Both the position numbers and the translations under genes were made by a program. A stretch of 57,825 nt of DNA, filler included, from Sphacelaria rigidula (taxonomy: Eukaryota), in assembly GCA_964200075.2 (NCBI GenBank). It is 8 parts of 8 records of this genome, joined end to end, with 100 filler letters (N's around TTAATTAATTAA, not from the genome) between each part and the next. Parts side by side here need not be neighbours in the genome. Positions count along the whole stretch, not along the records: positions 36,206 to 43,345 come from CAXNAA020016292.1; positions 43,446 to 50,585 come from CAXNAA020016293.1; 6 more parts are not named here. One strand, given 5' to 3'. The notes below the pieces were generated by a model. That model had not been told where the DNA came from. It did not search any database and saw only the letters and a program-made list of their open reading frames with translations. Of this stretch, positions 37,880 through 50,685 are shown piece by piece (within the stretch, counting starts at the first letter, position 1; every line of letters begins with the position of its first letter).

Positions 37880-38045
37880 CCTCCGGACTGACTCTTGGCA
37901 CGTCTTCGTCTTGTGTGTCGTTCGTGATGATGCTCTTGCTCGACTTTGGGGAACCAAGAGTCTTTTCTTCCTCTTCCATCTCTTCCAACGTGTTCAGAGT
38001 CGAGTTCACGCGATCTACACACATGCCCATTGCCCTCTTCATCAC
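37880..38045 (-). CDS. NCBP1: NCBP1/CBP80 exon (coiled-coil insert)
   Basis: ccag|GTGATG...GAG G|gtgag. VMKRAMGMCVDRVNSTLNTLEEMEEE. Phases are consistent with both neighbours. Confidence 0.75.
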
Positions 38046-38232
38046 CTGGTTCAAGACAGCGGGTGGAGAAATGACATGTATCGTTTGCTTTCGCGATCCC
38101 ACAGAAGCACGATGGTTCGATTGCGCTCCCTTCGAATATTAAATAATAAAAATTAATATGTAAAGGGTGTTTGTGTAATGTGTGGAAGAAATTAATGAGC
38201 GTCGGGATGTTGAAGGTGTCTCTAGTAGGAAC

Positions 38233-38435
38233 GGTGCTTCGTCTCGAACGGGATGCGTGTTCTATGATCAAATGACTTAGGCAAGCAACAAATGAGTACG
38301 CCCCCCTACCAAAATCGCAAAAAAATCAGCCTGGTCCGGCGAGAACCCGGCGTGCTCCGTCCCGGCTTTGAAGGGATGCGAGGTCATTTGTCTTATGACT
38401 CTGGCATGCATGATCATGAGTACACTCTCCCCCCT
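38233..38435. repeat. Dispersed repeat (gcctggtccggcgagaacccggcgtgctc...gagtacaccccc), intronic copy
   Basis: Related copies near 30049, 30497 (reverse), 43447, 50520 (reverse), 50686 and 51147. Confidence 0.75.
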
Positions 38436-38587
38436 TGGAGCATTTGAAAAATACCGCTGCATACCCATGTTTTCGTCGGATGAGATCCCTACACTGAGTG
38501 AACATATCGCTACATTTGACGCTCAAGTAAGTGGATAGAAAGCCAGGACCAGAGTTCCAGCTGGCGGAAGAAAAAATGCCCGCTCAC

Positions 38588-38758
38588 CTCCCACAGGAAT
38601 GGGCTGACAGCAATGGCATTATTGTTGTCATCTCGAAAGAAGTAGTCGACAAAGGTGGCGGGTTCGACCACGCCTGATTCAAGTAGGTGCCGGCACACCA
38701 GGCAGAACCACTGGGAAGAGTTCTGCCATAGCTGCGCAGTCCCGTCGATCATAGCAAT
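38588..38758 (-). CDS. NCBP1: NCBP1/CBP80 exon (MIF4G-like domain 3)
   Basis: gcag|ATT...GAG|gtgag. IAMIDGTAQLWQNSSQWFCLVCRHLLESGVVEPATFVDYFF...FLWE parallels VWRNHPQM...DKMIRTQIVD..AVANWIF...FVWE. Confidence 0.82.
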
Positions 38759-39019
38759 CTGCGCAATTTAAACACGATGATGTGCCATACGTCAGCGAGG
38801 TGCTCCGATGAGCGAAAAAAAATCGAGTGAGAGGTAGACTAGAATTCGTTCGCGGAGAGATTTATCATGTTGGTGTGCCGAAACAAGAACAATAAATGCT
38901 CCACCTGAACACTCTGCTCCAAGAGTAACTCCAGTTTTTGTCTCCCCGACAACGGATAGCCCACGTAGGTTCTACCGTGTGCCGCTGCCAGATTTCAAAA
39001 CACCTACACATATAAATAC

Positions 39020-39077
39020 CTGATTGGCCTTTCCTGCTTCCTCGTCTCGACACAATTCCTCCAGGTACTCGAAATAC
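39020..39077 (-). CDS. NCBP1: NCBP1/CBP80 58-nt exon
   Basis: ccag|G TAT...CAG|gtat. YFEYLEELCRDEEAGKANQ. Bridges phase 2 to phase 0 exactly as the flanking exons require. Confidence 0.75.
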
Positions 39078-39194
39078 CTGGACAGGCACCACAGTAGTTC
39101 CGTGTTAGATGAACAGGCCTACGCCGCGGGCAAAAACATGATGGCACCGTATTCTACCGAGCCACACGTTCATGTTCAACATGAATCACTGCAC

Positions 39195-39462
39195 CTTTCG
39201 AGATAGACGAATGTGTGGGTCGGGGAAGCCTGGCCGGCCCTGAGAAGAATTTGGATCATCATATTTGCTCGCCACGCGGGGTCCACAGGCGCTACAGCCG
39301 GATCTGCAGCTGGCTTCACCACATCTTCCCCGCCATCATTCGCCTTGTCCTTCGTCTCCTGCTCACCCGTCGTCGTTTCATCCGTGAGAATGTGATCATC
39401 GTTGAGCCACGACCGCAGGTCTCTCGTCTCCTCTCGCGCAGTGACACGACTCGCCAAATCGA
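39195..39462 (-). CDS. NCBP1: NCBP1/CBP80 exon
   Basis: tacag|TC...GAA AG|gtgc. MMIQILLRAGQASPTHTFVYLER matches the F.Q.LL..G.KS.SH....LERY motif of CBP80. Confidence 0.82.
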
Positions 39463-41169
39463 CTGTACGTGAACGGTTTCAAAGCCGGACGATGCTTATT
39501 ACGAAACGACGGCAATACATTTTAGAAGTGGGCTCTCGCTGGTGCAACAAGATTGGTAACTTCCTCCATGCACGAATTGTAAGCTAAACGCAGCCGAATT
39601 TGACCACGGAATACAGGGTGTTTGAACGCACTTCGCTCCCCGGTGTTTCAATCTGACAAAATGATGACAATACAACCAATTTTCTCGTGCAACAGATCCA
39701 AAACTCAGGGGTTATTTTGCTACGGGAAACGTTACAAAGCACGTCAATTGGTGCACGTCAGCTCACCACACCTTCACACTTCATGCTTAACTTCAGCTAT
39801 GATGGCCGAACATGCGCAGCCAGGGTACTGGTGGAAAGCTTACACCATGAGGGAGCGCGCTGACTTGTTAATCAGTAGTCCACAGTGATACCGTAAAAGT
39901 CAGGCGGTGTGCAGAAGTATGGGAAAATTGTCATTTGGGTCACGACTCGAATACCAAAAGCGGACTATGTGCTTGACCTTCAGCGTCCGTGCCACATTCA
40001 GAAATTTACTCTTGTCTGTCTCCCGTTTGTACAGAACGACTCTCCATAAATTAGGCAACAAGTTGAGCCCGTGGCCCTTTTTTGGCAGTCACTATGAATT
40101 GCGTTTGCGAGCCATAGGGATTGTGGAAGCACTTTGTGACAATCGAAACCCCGAGGTGTGAGCTCACGTATTCAACCCCATCTGTGCGTTCCTGAGTTCT
40201 GAAACCTACATGATGAGAACTGATGGCGGTACGTTTTTTCATGTCCCTGCCATTCCTCACAGCAAGATAGCAGCACAACATGACATTTTAGGTCACCAAC
40301 CCAACTCATCGAGGGAGCACTATGTCATGAAGTTGACGGGCGCATGAGCGCTGAGTAGGCTTGGAGCGGCTGTCAACAAGCTCCGGCGGCAGCGTGCAAG
40401 GAAGTACGACGAGGTAGGATGTGAAGTGTGCTAGCCAGCAAACCTGAAAAACTGAAGAGTACAGTATAAGAAGTACTCTAGCGTACAGACAGTACAGTAG
40501 CGAATAGATAGTAGTACGTAACTTACAGTACAGCACGTACAGCCACTACCGTGATCGAATATATGTCATAGCGATGAGACACGCTGACTTGCTGGTGACT
40601 GTAGGTTGTGTACATGGCAATCGGAGGCGACGCGAACGAGATCGGTTATCTGTCGTGTTCTTTAACTTCAACATCAATCTGGTAGTGGTGATGGATCCGG
40701 TGCTGTTGGATAGCATCCATGATGGTCAACGCTGCGAAAACTCACCCATGATGTAAGATGTGTCTGTATTGTCAGTTGTTCAAGAACCAGAAATATTGTA
40801 TGCCCGCCAATATCCACACGACTTTCACACGCCCGTGGCACATAAAAAGGACCTGACCGATGTCACCCCTGTTTCGTGGAAGGGTGCTCACACGTCCTGA
40901 GAAACGGTCGCCCCATCCGTAATCCATCACTACAGCTCGTGAAACGCGGTGAAGTGTCCATTTCCCATGGGGCATCTAATCATTCCCCAACTGTGGGTCA
41001 TATTATTTCGTCTGATACATGGATCGCAACACGGGCGCGCTTGAAATCGATTTCCCTTGCCTCATACTTTCGTGAAACGTGGAAAATCCTGAGCCCTGTC
41101 ATTCAGTGGTATGCTTCATCAATCAAGCCTTCAAAATGATTTCATCTGTCATCGTGACATCGAGCTCAC

Positions 41170-41335
41170 CAGCAATGTTTTGCAAATGCTTGGACACCGC
41201 GTCAGGCTGGTCCAGGTATAAGCACACCGGCGTCGGGTCCAAAGGCAGCAGCGCCCACAGGGTCTCGGGCAGCGTTTTCTTAATTCTGGGCACGACGATG
41301 GAGAGTAGGATATTTTTGGAATTACCAACAATGGC
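41170..41335 (-). CDS. NCBP1: NCBP1/CBP80 exon (most 5' exon found)
   Basis: tgcag|GCC...GCT G|gtgag. LSIVVPRIKKTLPETLWALLPLDPTPVCLY parallels LSY..RI...VP..F..L.P..P. Phase 1 joins the next exon. Confidence 0.72.
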
Positions 41336-42644
41336 CTGCAGACGTCATACATCTATTTTCAAGTTCGGCGTCCGCGCCTGAGGTGACTCGGGAGTAATCC
41401 AACCTCATCTACCCAACCAGGGAAGTACCTTGCGAGAACATGACATGTTGACACCTGAAATGTGGTTTGAATACAACCGAAACTGTGAACCTTTATTCGG
41501 TGAGGGGGACCAGATCACTGTGATATGATTTGATTGTTTTGACTGTCGCACGTCGACTGATCCCATCCCCATATGTCGAGGGAGCCAGCCGTGGTCACAA
41601 GGAAGACGTACCACGCTACAGAAGAAAAGCGAGGGGGGGGGGGAGCGGGAGCGAAAAGAGTAACACGAGAAGCTGGGGGGGAAAGTATCACGCAGTACGA
41701 GCTGGTTCAGGCTTATCACCCAAAATTGGGTCATCAGCAAATGCCTTTCGCAATACCTACCCAATCGCATACACTATGTCATACTAACCACCATGAACAG
41801 CTCGAGAGCGTGACATAACCGGATTTGTGTTTAGGACCATACTGGTAGCACTAAGGGCGAAAAGGTACTTTGACCAATCAGCGCCCTTCAAATTGTTCTG
41901 AAATCGAAAACAAGAATTCCAAGCCCAATTTTCACAGAATCTCCAAATGCTTCAAATCGTAGTAACCACCATCAGCTCGAGAATCTGATGGGAAAACAGA
42001 TTTGAAAACGGTTACAACGGAGTCGAGCTAAAACCAAAACCGTGATGTTTCCGTAATGTGGAGTCTCGGTGTCGTCTGATTTTCACTAATGATACGAACG
42101 ACAGACCCAGGGAGCCTCGTGGCGGTTTCTCTTTTAGCTGGAGGAGAAAAGCTCACATCACCCTCAAAATTTGCAATTCCATAGGTATTGATGCTCAAAA
42201 TGGATAAGCTGTATTCTTGACAAGATTTCAAAGTTTCTCCGTTCTCTACCGGCTTGCGGGGGTTCCAGTATGAAGACCCCCGGAAGGTGGTACAGATAAA
42301 AGAAAAAAAAATAATATGATGCGTCCCGGAATAGTGCAAGGAACACACGTACAAAGTTTGGTCGAGAAATTCGAAAAGATCATATGGTTTTTCTTGCCGT
42401 GACGTAGAATTTACCAAAAAATACGTTTTGATACTAAAACCAAGCAGATAGGAGTTGCACGTTTCAAGCTTACGTTCTCGCATAAACGCGCACACCTTCA
42501 CGCAGTTATGAAGAGTTAAAGCCTGAAACTTTCACACGTCGGAAACTCAACTCAGGTCACCACGAGTCAACTCTTTTTGGCATAACTCACCTGTGAGTTA
42601 TTGCAGCATCACTCAGTTATGCGCTGGTTGGGTGTTATTAAAGA

Positions 42645-42830
42645 TAATTCATCGATGCATGTCTTGAGCAGGTGAGGTATAAACTGTAACTCATCGGTGC
42701 ATATCTTGGGCAGGTGAGTTATAAACTATAACTCAGATATGCATATCTTGGCCAGGTGAGATATAGAAGATGAGTCAGCGGTGCACATTCTGGGCGGGTG
42801 AGGTATAGAAGATGACTCATCGATGAGTCC
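42645..42830. repeat. ~42-bp tandem repeat, ~4.5 copies
   Basis: aactcatcggtgcatatcttgggcaggtgag(t/g)tata units at about 42647, 42688, 42730, 42772 and 42813. Confidence 0.75.
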
Positions 42831-43345
42831 CGTTTTGTGTTATGAGTTCTGAGTTTTGAGAGAGCTCATCTTTACCCCTCAGTTTGTGTGACACCCCTCC
42901 TTCCACACACACACACACACACATCCACACACACAGGCTTGGTGTGTGCACGACGATCATGAAGAGTTGCCTTGCATGCAACACACGGTACGATAGTCCA
43001 CTACGGCATCCACTACGAACTCCAGCGACGCTACGACACAAGAAAAAGGACGCGAGGCGATCGATGTGGAAGCCGGTAGCTCATCAAGCACACAAAATGA
43101 TTTTCAGTCCAGCTGTGCTTTTCAAAGACCTTTCACGAAAACCCCTGTGCCAAGCAAGTAGGAAAATTTGGGTGATCTACACTCGAGGGGTGTGATGCAG
43201 CGTGTATCAAGCGTGTGATGGCGGAACTCCCGGTGTGTCTGCCTAACCCTGTGTCAAATGTACGAATAGTAAAGGATGAGAATACCCCCTCCCCCCTTTT
43301 AAATGGTGAGGCACCCATGCGGCAGTGTAGAAGCTGTGGCTGTCT

Positions 43346-43445
43346 NNNNNNNNNNNNNNNNNNNNNNNNNNNNNNNNNNNNNNNNNNNNTTAATTAATTA
43401 ANNNNNNNNNNNNNNNNNNNNNNNNNNNNNNNNNNNNNNNNNNNN
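43346..43445. other. Artificial contig linker
   Basis: N44-TTAATTAATTAA-N44. Confidence 0.98.
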
Positions 43446-44114
43446 CCCTGTGCTCCGTCTCGAAAGGGATGCGTGGTCAATGGTCAAATGACTAAGGCAA
43501 GCAACAAATGAGTACGCCCCCTCCCTTGCGCCTGGTCCGGCGAGAACCCGGCGTGCTCGACCCCGGCTTTGTAGGGGGGACCCCCGATGGGGTTGGCGCC
43601 GGTTGGCGATGACGCTATAAACACGTCGGGCAGAGCAGCTCTTTGTAGCCCGAGCAAACACCTTTTTAACGTAGCCTCTTAGTGAGCTATGAGAGCTACA
43701 TGAGATACGCATGTTCTTCCTGCGTGAGCTATGAGAACTACATCAGCTACGCATGTTTGCCCTCGTTGAGCTAAATAGCTACGGGAGCTACGCGGATTCT
43801 GGAGTTGCTTCTGTTCCGGTGCTCATGCACGTTGAAACGTTGAAATTGTTACATGTGTACACACCTTGTGTTCCGTCTTGTGCATTTATGGATTTGCATG
43901 CTGTTTGTAAACATCAAGGCGACCGCATCGGAAGCCACCCCTACCATAGCCGCCACACCCACACGCAAACACAACCCGCCCTACATGACGGCTGCCGGGG
44001 GCAGCAGCTCTAGCGGCGCTTCAGTCGGAAATTATATCGTTAATCTGGATCCTCCGCAACAGGCGATCGATGTGGAGGAAGAATTGAACACACATACAGT
44101 ATTTGATTATTCAA

Positions 44115-44425
44115 GCCTTTGACCGCGAGTGTAAGCGATCAGTTGAATCGGCATCATTTACACCCAAAAATATGACTTATGCAAATTTCACAGATCGCCT
44201 ACCCTCGCGGTCAAAGGGTTGACCCTTCGAAAGCAAGAGTAGGCCATCTCTTCAATCGGCATCAATTTCACTCGAAAAAAGTATGAATGATCCAGGTGGA
44301 CTACCCCTCGCGGTCTAACGGGTAACCCTTTCAACGGCGAGCACAGGCCATCCGTTGAATCGGCTTCAATCGCACTTAAAATAAGTATGCATGACCAGAT
44401 GAACTCGTACCCTCGCGGCAAAGCG
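44115..44425. repeat. Cluster of short piggyBac-like TIR repeats (cctttgaccgcgag...ctcgcggtcaaagggtt)
   Basis: About three short units with gttgaatcggc cores. Related pieces near 11858, 12210, 32003 and 32905. Confidence 0.5.
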
Positions 44426-44629
44426 GTGAAAAGCAATGGATCGATCGATTATCAAAGAATCCGAATCGTCATCATGTTTTGAACCATTGAATCATTCGAA
44501 CGAGGATTCGTGTTAAGCTAACTTTTCCCCACCGCGAAGGACGAGGCAAAAAACCACAACCTGATGATATGTTACGCCGTCCATTCGAACGAGAATGTAA
44601 CACCATGAGCGACACCGGGTTTGGCAGCG

Positions 44630-45255
44630 GCGAGCTAGGCACATGACGTGAGTGAGCTATGAGCATTTGTTCCCGGGGTGAGCTACCGGACGTAGCTCAA
44701 CTACTCATGTTTTCCCTGGGTGAGCATGAGCTACACATGTTTGCCTTGGGTGAGCTATCGAGAGTAGCTCACCCGCATATGCTTTCCCTGGGTGAGCTAC
44801 GAGAGCTGCGTAAGCTACACATGATTTTCCTGGGCCAGCTATGAGAGCTACATGAGCTACGCGTATTTGCCCCAGGTGAGTTACCAACCCGTAGATCATC
44901 AGCTCATATTGGCCCTGGGTGAGCTATGAGAGCTGGATGAGCTACGCATGTTTGCCCCAGGTGAGCTACCAACCCGTAGCTCACCAGCTCATATTGGCCC
45001 TGGGTGAGCTGAGAGCTACATGAGCTACGCACGTTTGTCCTGGGCGAGCTACCAACCCGTAGCTCATCAGCTCATATTCGCCGTGGGTGAGCTATGAGAG
45101 CTGCATGAGCTACACATGTTTGTCCTGGGTAAGCTACCAACCCATAGCTCATCAGCGCACCTTGACCTTGGGTGAGCTACCGGACCTAGCTCACATGTAC
45201 ATGTTTGACTACAGGTGAGCTACAGCTCGCAGAGGGGCTAGCTCATGAGCTGTGC
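44630..45255. repeat. AGCT-rich minisatellite with ~85-bp higher-order units
   Basis: Units start near 44830, 44915, 45000 and 45083, each made of two ~42-bp gggtgagcta subunits. Related fragments at 43680-43795 and ~50810. Confidence 0.85.
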
Positions 45256-45649
45256 GCGTGTGCAAGCTTAAATTCACACGATTTTGAATACATGTAAATA
45301 CAAGCGTCATAATTTTCTTGCGACAGGCGGACCTCCCTCAACAGCTGGCCGGGGCTGTCAGCGCGGCAGCTCCGCTGGGTACAGTACCGTGTTTAGAAGA
45401 AAACCGGGCAAAACGCACGAGACTACAGGGACGCAGACAGTTGTGCCGCATTTATCACTGGCGGAAATCGAGCAGAGATAGGCTTCTACTCATTATGCTA
45501 GTAAGGTCAAGTTTTGATGCTAGTATTCTCACCAAAAATTGTGCTCGTAAAGTGGAATTTATGCTCGATTATGCTCGTAATATCCAACAAGGATGCCATT
45601 TTCGACCGGATACAGATCCGCCGATCACTATATCCATGTTACATATATA

Positions 45650-46187
45650 CTTCCTCTGTCCCATAAGTAAAGGAACCTAAATTTGTACGGGCCCTTAACG
45701 ATTTCTGATGTTTTTTTTTTTTAATGAACTCTACGGTGTTTTTTCGGTTGAGAAAATGTGTTTAAAATTCGCAGCTCGTGCTTGAACCATGCCGCCGAAC
45801 GACTGCAAAAAAAGTAGTCGGCCCAAAAATAGCCGTTTTTTGTCCCTTTCCGATGGGAAAAAAAGTGTCGAATTTTTGTTTTTTGTAGATTTTGTTTAAA
45901 TCGCGTGAGGCGTCCTGGCAGCAAGTCCCAGTGAAGACGGGGGCGATTAGAAAAAAAAAAGAAAAAACGATACTTTTTTTCCCCTCGGAAAGGAGCAAAA
46001 AACGGCCGTATTTGGGCCGACTACTTTTTTTGCAGCCGTTCGGCGGCATGGTTCAAGCCCGAGCTGCGAATTTTAAACACATTTCTTTACCCCAAAAAAC
46101 ACCGTGGAGTTCATGAAAAAAAAAAAGATCGGACATCGTTAAAGACCCGTAAAAATTTAGGTACCTTCACTTACGGGACAGAGGAAG
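45650..46187. mobile_element. Tc1/mariner (Stowaway-like) MITE, 538 bp
   Basis: ta|cttcctctgtccc ... gggacagaggaag|ta. TA TSD, Stowaway-type TIR and ~230-bp inverted arms. Confidence 0.88.
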
Positions 46188-47189
46188 TACCAAGTACTTT
46201 TTGCCTTCATTTGTTCGATTGGATCCGTATTTTCCTGTTGTCGTACAAGGTACATCATTGTACATCATCGCGCACTAAATAAACTGCATCTTGTGCGATG
46301 TGCCGCCCCCCCCATTGCCGTATAGATGAGACATACGGCAAGCAACCTGCTGATTCGATTATCCATCACAATCTGGCACAATTGAGTGTATGTTGTACAC
46401 ATCCTGCGAAGGCCGATGCAGCACCTCGTCACCACACTCATAATGACAAGTCACGAAATCACATGATGTGTTGACTAATCGCCTGCCCCATGCCGAGGAA
46501 CTCGTGTCCAAGGACAAAAAACGACAAACGAAAAACTGGCATTTAACCGATGAATGATTGTTGGATTGATTCTCTCGTATGAACCGATCCGCTTCGAATC
46601 CAGCCGAGGCCGCAAGATAGATGGGTACAACCCCGGGAACAAGGAAAAAAAAAAGGACACACAAAGGTGAAGAAAATGGGGAAAATACTGGAGGAGACAA
46701 AAATAATTCAGCAGCCAGAGAAAGTACCAAACCAAAACACGAGAAAAATATATGGGAAGCTAAGTTCTACTGCTGTGCTGCTGTCCTACGTGCTGTGTGG
46801 TGTGCGCCGTGCGCTGTGTACTACAGACTATAGACTGTGCAGTACATTGTACGTGTTCAAGTTTTTTGCCGTATGCTTTCATGGAAACGTTTTTCAGACC
46901 TGCGTTCGACCAGACTAGCAGTTTGAATGGCTACAATAGTTCCAGAGCATACACGTATTTCAGACCCGCGGTCGATGATAGCAGAGTTTTCGCCCAAAAC
47001 ATCACAGCAGGGCAGCATTTCGACCAGTGTTCCCACCCCTACGGTGAAACATTTTGCTCGATTATGCTCATGACGTGGAAATTATTCTCGATTATGCTGC
47101 TTGCTGAAACGCCATGCTATTTATGCTACCAGGCTGGAATTATGCCAGAAATTATGCTAGCAAAATACGAGGTATTTTAAGCTTAAAGA

Positions 47190-47664
47190 AGACCGACTCT
47201 AATGGGAGCCGTTCAAAATTCCCGTTCAAAACTGCCTTTTTGGCCCCTCTCCGTCGTTTTACGCCTGAAAAGAGGGCTAGGCGGATATTGACGCCTTGGA
47301 GTCACTTGCTCTACTCTTTGAGACCGTTCCAGGGCAACTCTGCATTCCCTGCTGGCCGCACTTTTATGTTTGGCCGGACACGGATTTTCAATGAAAAACG
47401 ATCAAGCGATCAACATACTGAGGGAGATTTTGACCACCTGAACGTTTTTTCACTGAAAATTCGTGTTTGGCCTGATTTGGTCAAAAACAAAAGTGTGGAC
47501 AGCGGGAAATGCAGAGTTGCCCTAGAACGGTCTCAGCGAGTAGAGCTAGTCATTCCAAGGCGTCAGCATCCGCCTAGCCCTCTTTACGAACGTAACTCGA
47601 CGGAGAAGGGCCCAAGAGGCAGTTTTCGACAGGAATTTTGAACGGCTCCCATTCGAGTTGGCCC
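47190..47664. mobile_element. Palindromic MITE, probably PIF/Harbinger-like, ~475 bp
   Basis: gaccgactctaatgggagccgttcaaaattcc ... ggaattttgaacggctcccattcgagttggccc. Long inverted arms. TSD is unclear. Confidence 0.75.
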
Positions 47665-50585
47665 AAGAAGAGACGACCCGAATACTGCTACCGTACCCTC
47701 AGATCTGGAAATAAATAATGCGCGAAGAGCTTCCCTGAGGACAAATACTGGGATACACGGCTACAGGAGTTGTTCAAACGATATCTATGGGCGACGAGCA
47801 AGCTTCGTACCGCGGAAAAAGCGAAGCACTGCTGTTCCGCACGGCAACGACCACGTGTTGCGGCGTCATCTGATACTGACTAATTGATCTACAGGGGCGC
47901 ACTCTTTGCGCTGTAATTGCAGGAATTGAGTCCCAGTGTGAAAGGTCCGCGGCTGCATCGCGAGATCTGCGCTGAACTGTACTGTCGGGCTGTACTACTG
48001 ATAGTGCACACATGCACCGATTGTTGCCGGTTGGCGGTCTTTACCGTACCGATGCACTATTTGTACGACGTACTGTACTACCTGTGCTGTTGTCCGCGCT
48101 ACAGCCGCTGGAAAAGGCTTTTCTTTGTTGAACAGTTGCGGCGGAAAACTGAGGTGGGACCGCTGCCCTCTTTTCTTGTCCGACGAGTCGTTCCGCGTTG
48201 GTTGGTCTACACACCAATGTTTTCACAGTCAAGGGACAACGTGCGTCATAGAGCGTTAATTGGGGGAGGCTTCACGCACAATGGGGCTGTGTCGGTTGGG
48301 CACACTTAGAGTGAACCAAGGGCGTGGCTCTGACAAGAGCGGGCGACGATCTTGTGTAACAGCGCCTGCTTCTCTTGTTTGGTTCAAGGGAATAAAGGGT
48401 GTTTAGGCGAAAAGCGGGCTTCACATCTAATGATGCGCATGTTTCAGGGTACATGGACGATGGATCAACGAAAGATTCTCTATGGGTGTGCCGACTGGGC
48501 GCATCTCGTGGGCACTGCCGCTGTACGTGAGCTCTGACAAAAAACGCACGACCAGGTCCTGTTACAGTAGTAGCATTTAAAATTTTGGAGACCCGGGCTG
48601 TTGGGCCAAAAGCCGGGCTGAAGAACGTATAAGCGAGCATGTCTTGGGGCACATAACACCCCCTTGCTAAGCAACTCTGACTTTCGCGAGCTCCGCAGCG
48701 GCCACACGCAGGATAATCCCACTCATATTTGCATTACCAGGTATTTATCACCGACATAGCACAACAGACGGCATGCCTGGTGAAGGTGACATGGAGGTTG
48801 TAGCTTGCGTCTCCAGAACATCGAGGTTTTGCAACTTGAGTGCAGGGTGGTATATTCCGTCAGGACAAAGATGGTCTACTGTACTAAGCTAATGAGACAC
48901 GGCAGACCTACGCGTTTCGCACACACAATAACAGTCATACCTACAAGCGGAAGATATCCACCCACGACGGCGACGAGCCATACGGCAACCACGTATCCCA
49001 GCATAGCACCCATCCCGCTTTGCAAGCAATTTGTACTTTCCCAAACTTGTCCCAACTGCCGAATTCAATTCCGAATATATGACTTTCGCCAGAATATGAC
49101 ATTTTCAAAGCGAAATACTCGTGAGCAAGCATCCCAGGTCCCAGATTATTGTTTCTCACTCTGTGCTCATGAGGGTGGGAGTCCGCCATAATAGCATTGG
49201 CTTCCAATCTCCTCGTTGTCCCAAAAGCTTTGTGTTAGTGCCCGTTCTTTTGCCGACGGTGTGTGACAGTCATCGCGAGTCTGCGAGATTCTGACCCGTG
49301 AAGGGAAAGATCATCCGCAACACTGTTCCTCCTGCAGAGACAGTAGCACAATACAGACAGTAGGCACCACGGCGGTAGGTTAAAGGATGGAGAACGGGGA
49401 GCAAGAAAGCAAGACTGCCAGTAGCGATGCAAGCGGAAACCTTGTTGCCTTCCTTGGTATGCTTCAAAAGGATCTTGGCGGCCGCCGCAGCTTTCTCTCA
49501 ACCAAGCCACCTACATGTGAGTCTTGACGAATTAGCAATTTCCAATCTTTAAAATTCTCAGCTACGTTTTGGTGCCTCTTCGGCGACATAGAAAGCGGCT
49601 TGGGAACAGACAAGCCTTCACATTTGTGTGCGCATGTACCTCTTTGTGGCAGAGATTACGGTGGTGCATATTCATTGTTCGGCTGATCGCGTGCTTTTCA
49701 TCATTCGAATGGACCAATGGCGGGGTCAGGGTTGAATACGAGCAGCAGTATCTCGCAATTTTGCGAAGCAGAGCAGCTAGCACTTCTCCGGAGAAATTGA
49801 TTTTCCCGCATGCACTCACCTGTCTTTCCCCCGACTCGATGAGAGAGCACTATCCTCGTCCTACATTCGGCCCCTTTGTTAAGGACAATTGACGGTATGC
49901 ATGTTGGCTGGTGGCAGGGTGTATCCTTCCCTCCAAACGCCTGTATACCGCATCTCCCCGCACGTTGCCCGTCGTACCAACACATGCACATTGCACATAC
50001 CGCCTATGTACCACCCATGTTATACTTTCCGCAATTTGCGGGGGAACCGCGCCGGTGTATGGTATCGAATGTGCGCCACAACACCAAATCCACCTCCTCC
50101 GCCCAGCGTAGTTGAGTTTGGTGTACCCCAGTCCACCTGCAAATGAACTATGGTTGATATGACTTGATTTGAGTGTGAACACCGACATTCCGACATTTGG
50201 TGTGGCTGACAGTCTCAATTGCTTCCACGTGTGCTCAGAACGCGTTTTTGTGCAGAAGGGCGCCTACAGCGCTGATTTGACGGCTGCAAACGCGTATTTT
50301 CCCTGGGGCATCTATTCCACCCCTCCTCGCCCGAGGGTTCTCGGTATGCCTTGGGTTGAGGTTAGCGTTAGAGTTAGGGTTTAAGTGTATCAACAATCGT
50401 TTATCTTGGAGGTGAACTATCGTAGGGTGAACTGTGCTCGCCCAACGCGGAGAGCCAAGCAGCGAAGCACAAAACACGGGCGGTTGCGCGGAGATTGCTC
50501 TCCCCAAAGGATGGGTAGGTGTACTCGTGATCATACATGCCACAGTCATCAGACTATTGACCTCGCATCCCTACAAAGCCGGGAC

Positions 50586-50685
50586 NNNNNNNNNNNNNNN
50601 NNNNNNNNNNNNNNNNNNNNNNNNNNNNNTTAATTAATTAANNNNNNNNNNNNNNNNNNNNNNNNNNNNNNNNNNNNNNNNNNNN
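50586..50685. other. Artificial contig linker
   Basis: N44-TTAATTAATTAA-N44. Confidence 0.98.

Noticed and set aside
44830..45170. CRISPR-like array
   Set aside because: Units are contiguous with no unique spacers, there are no cas genes, and the context is eukaryotic.
46585..46615. tRNA-like 3' end (ttcgaatccagccgaggccgca)
   Set aside because: No D-arm or box A, and no acceptor-stem partner upstream.
49150..50300. Several short AG/GT-flanked minus-strand segments suggesting a spliced gene
   Set aside because: Could not assemble a phase-consistent reading frame or recognise a product. Needs RNA-seq.
7143..50685. Regular ~7.24-kb spacing of TTAATTAATTAA as a biological periodicity or array
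   Set aside because: Always centred in N runs of fixed length, so it is an assembly linker.
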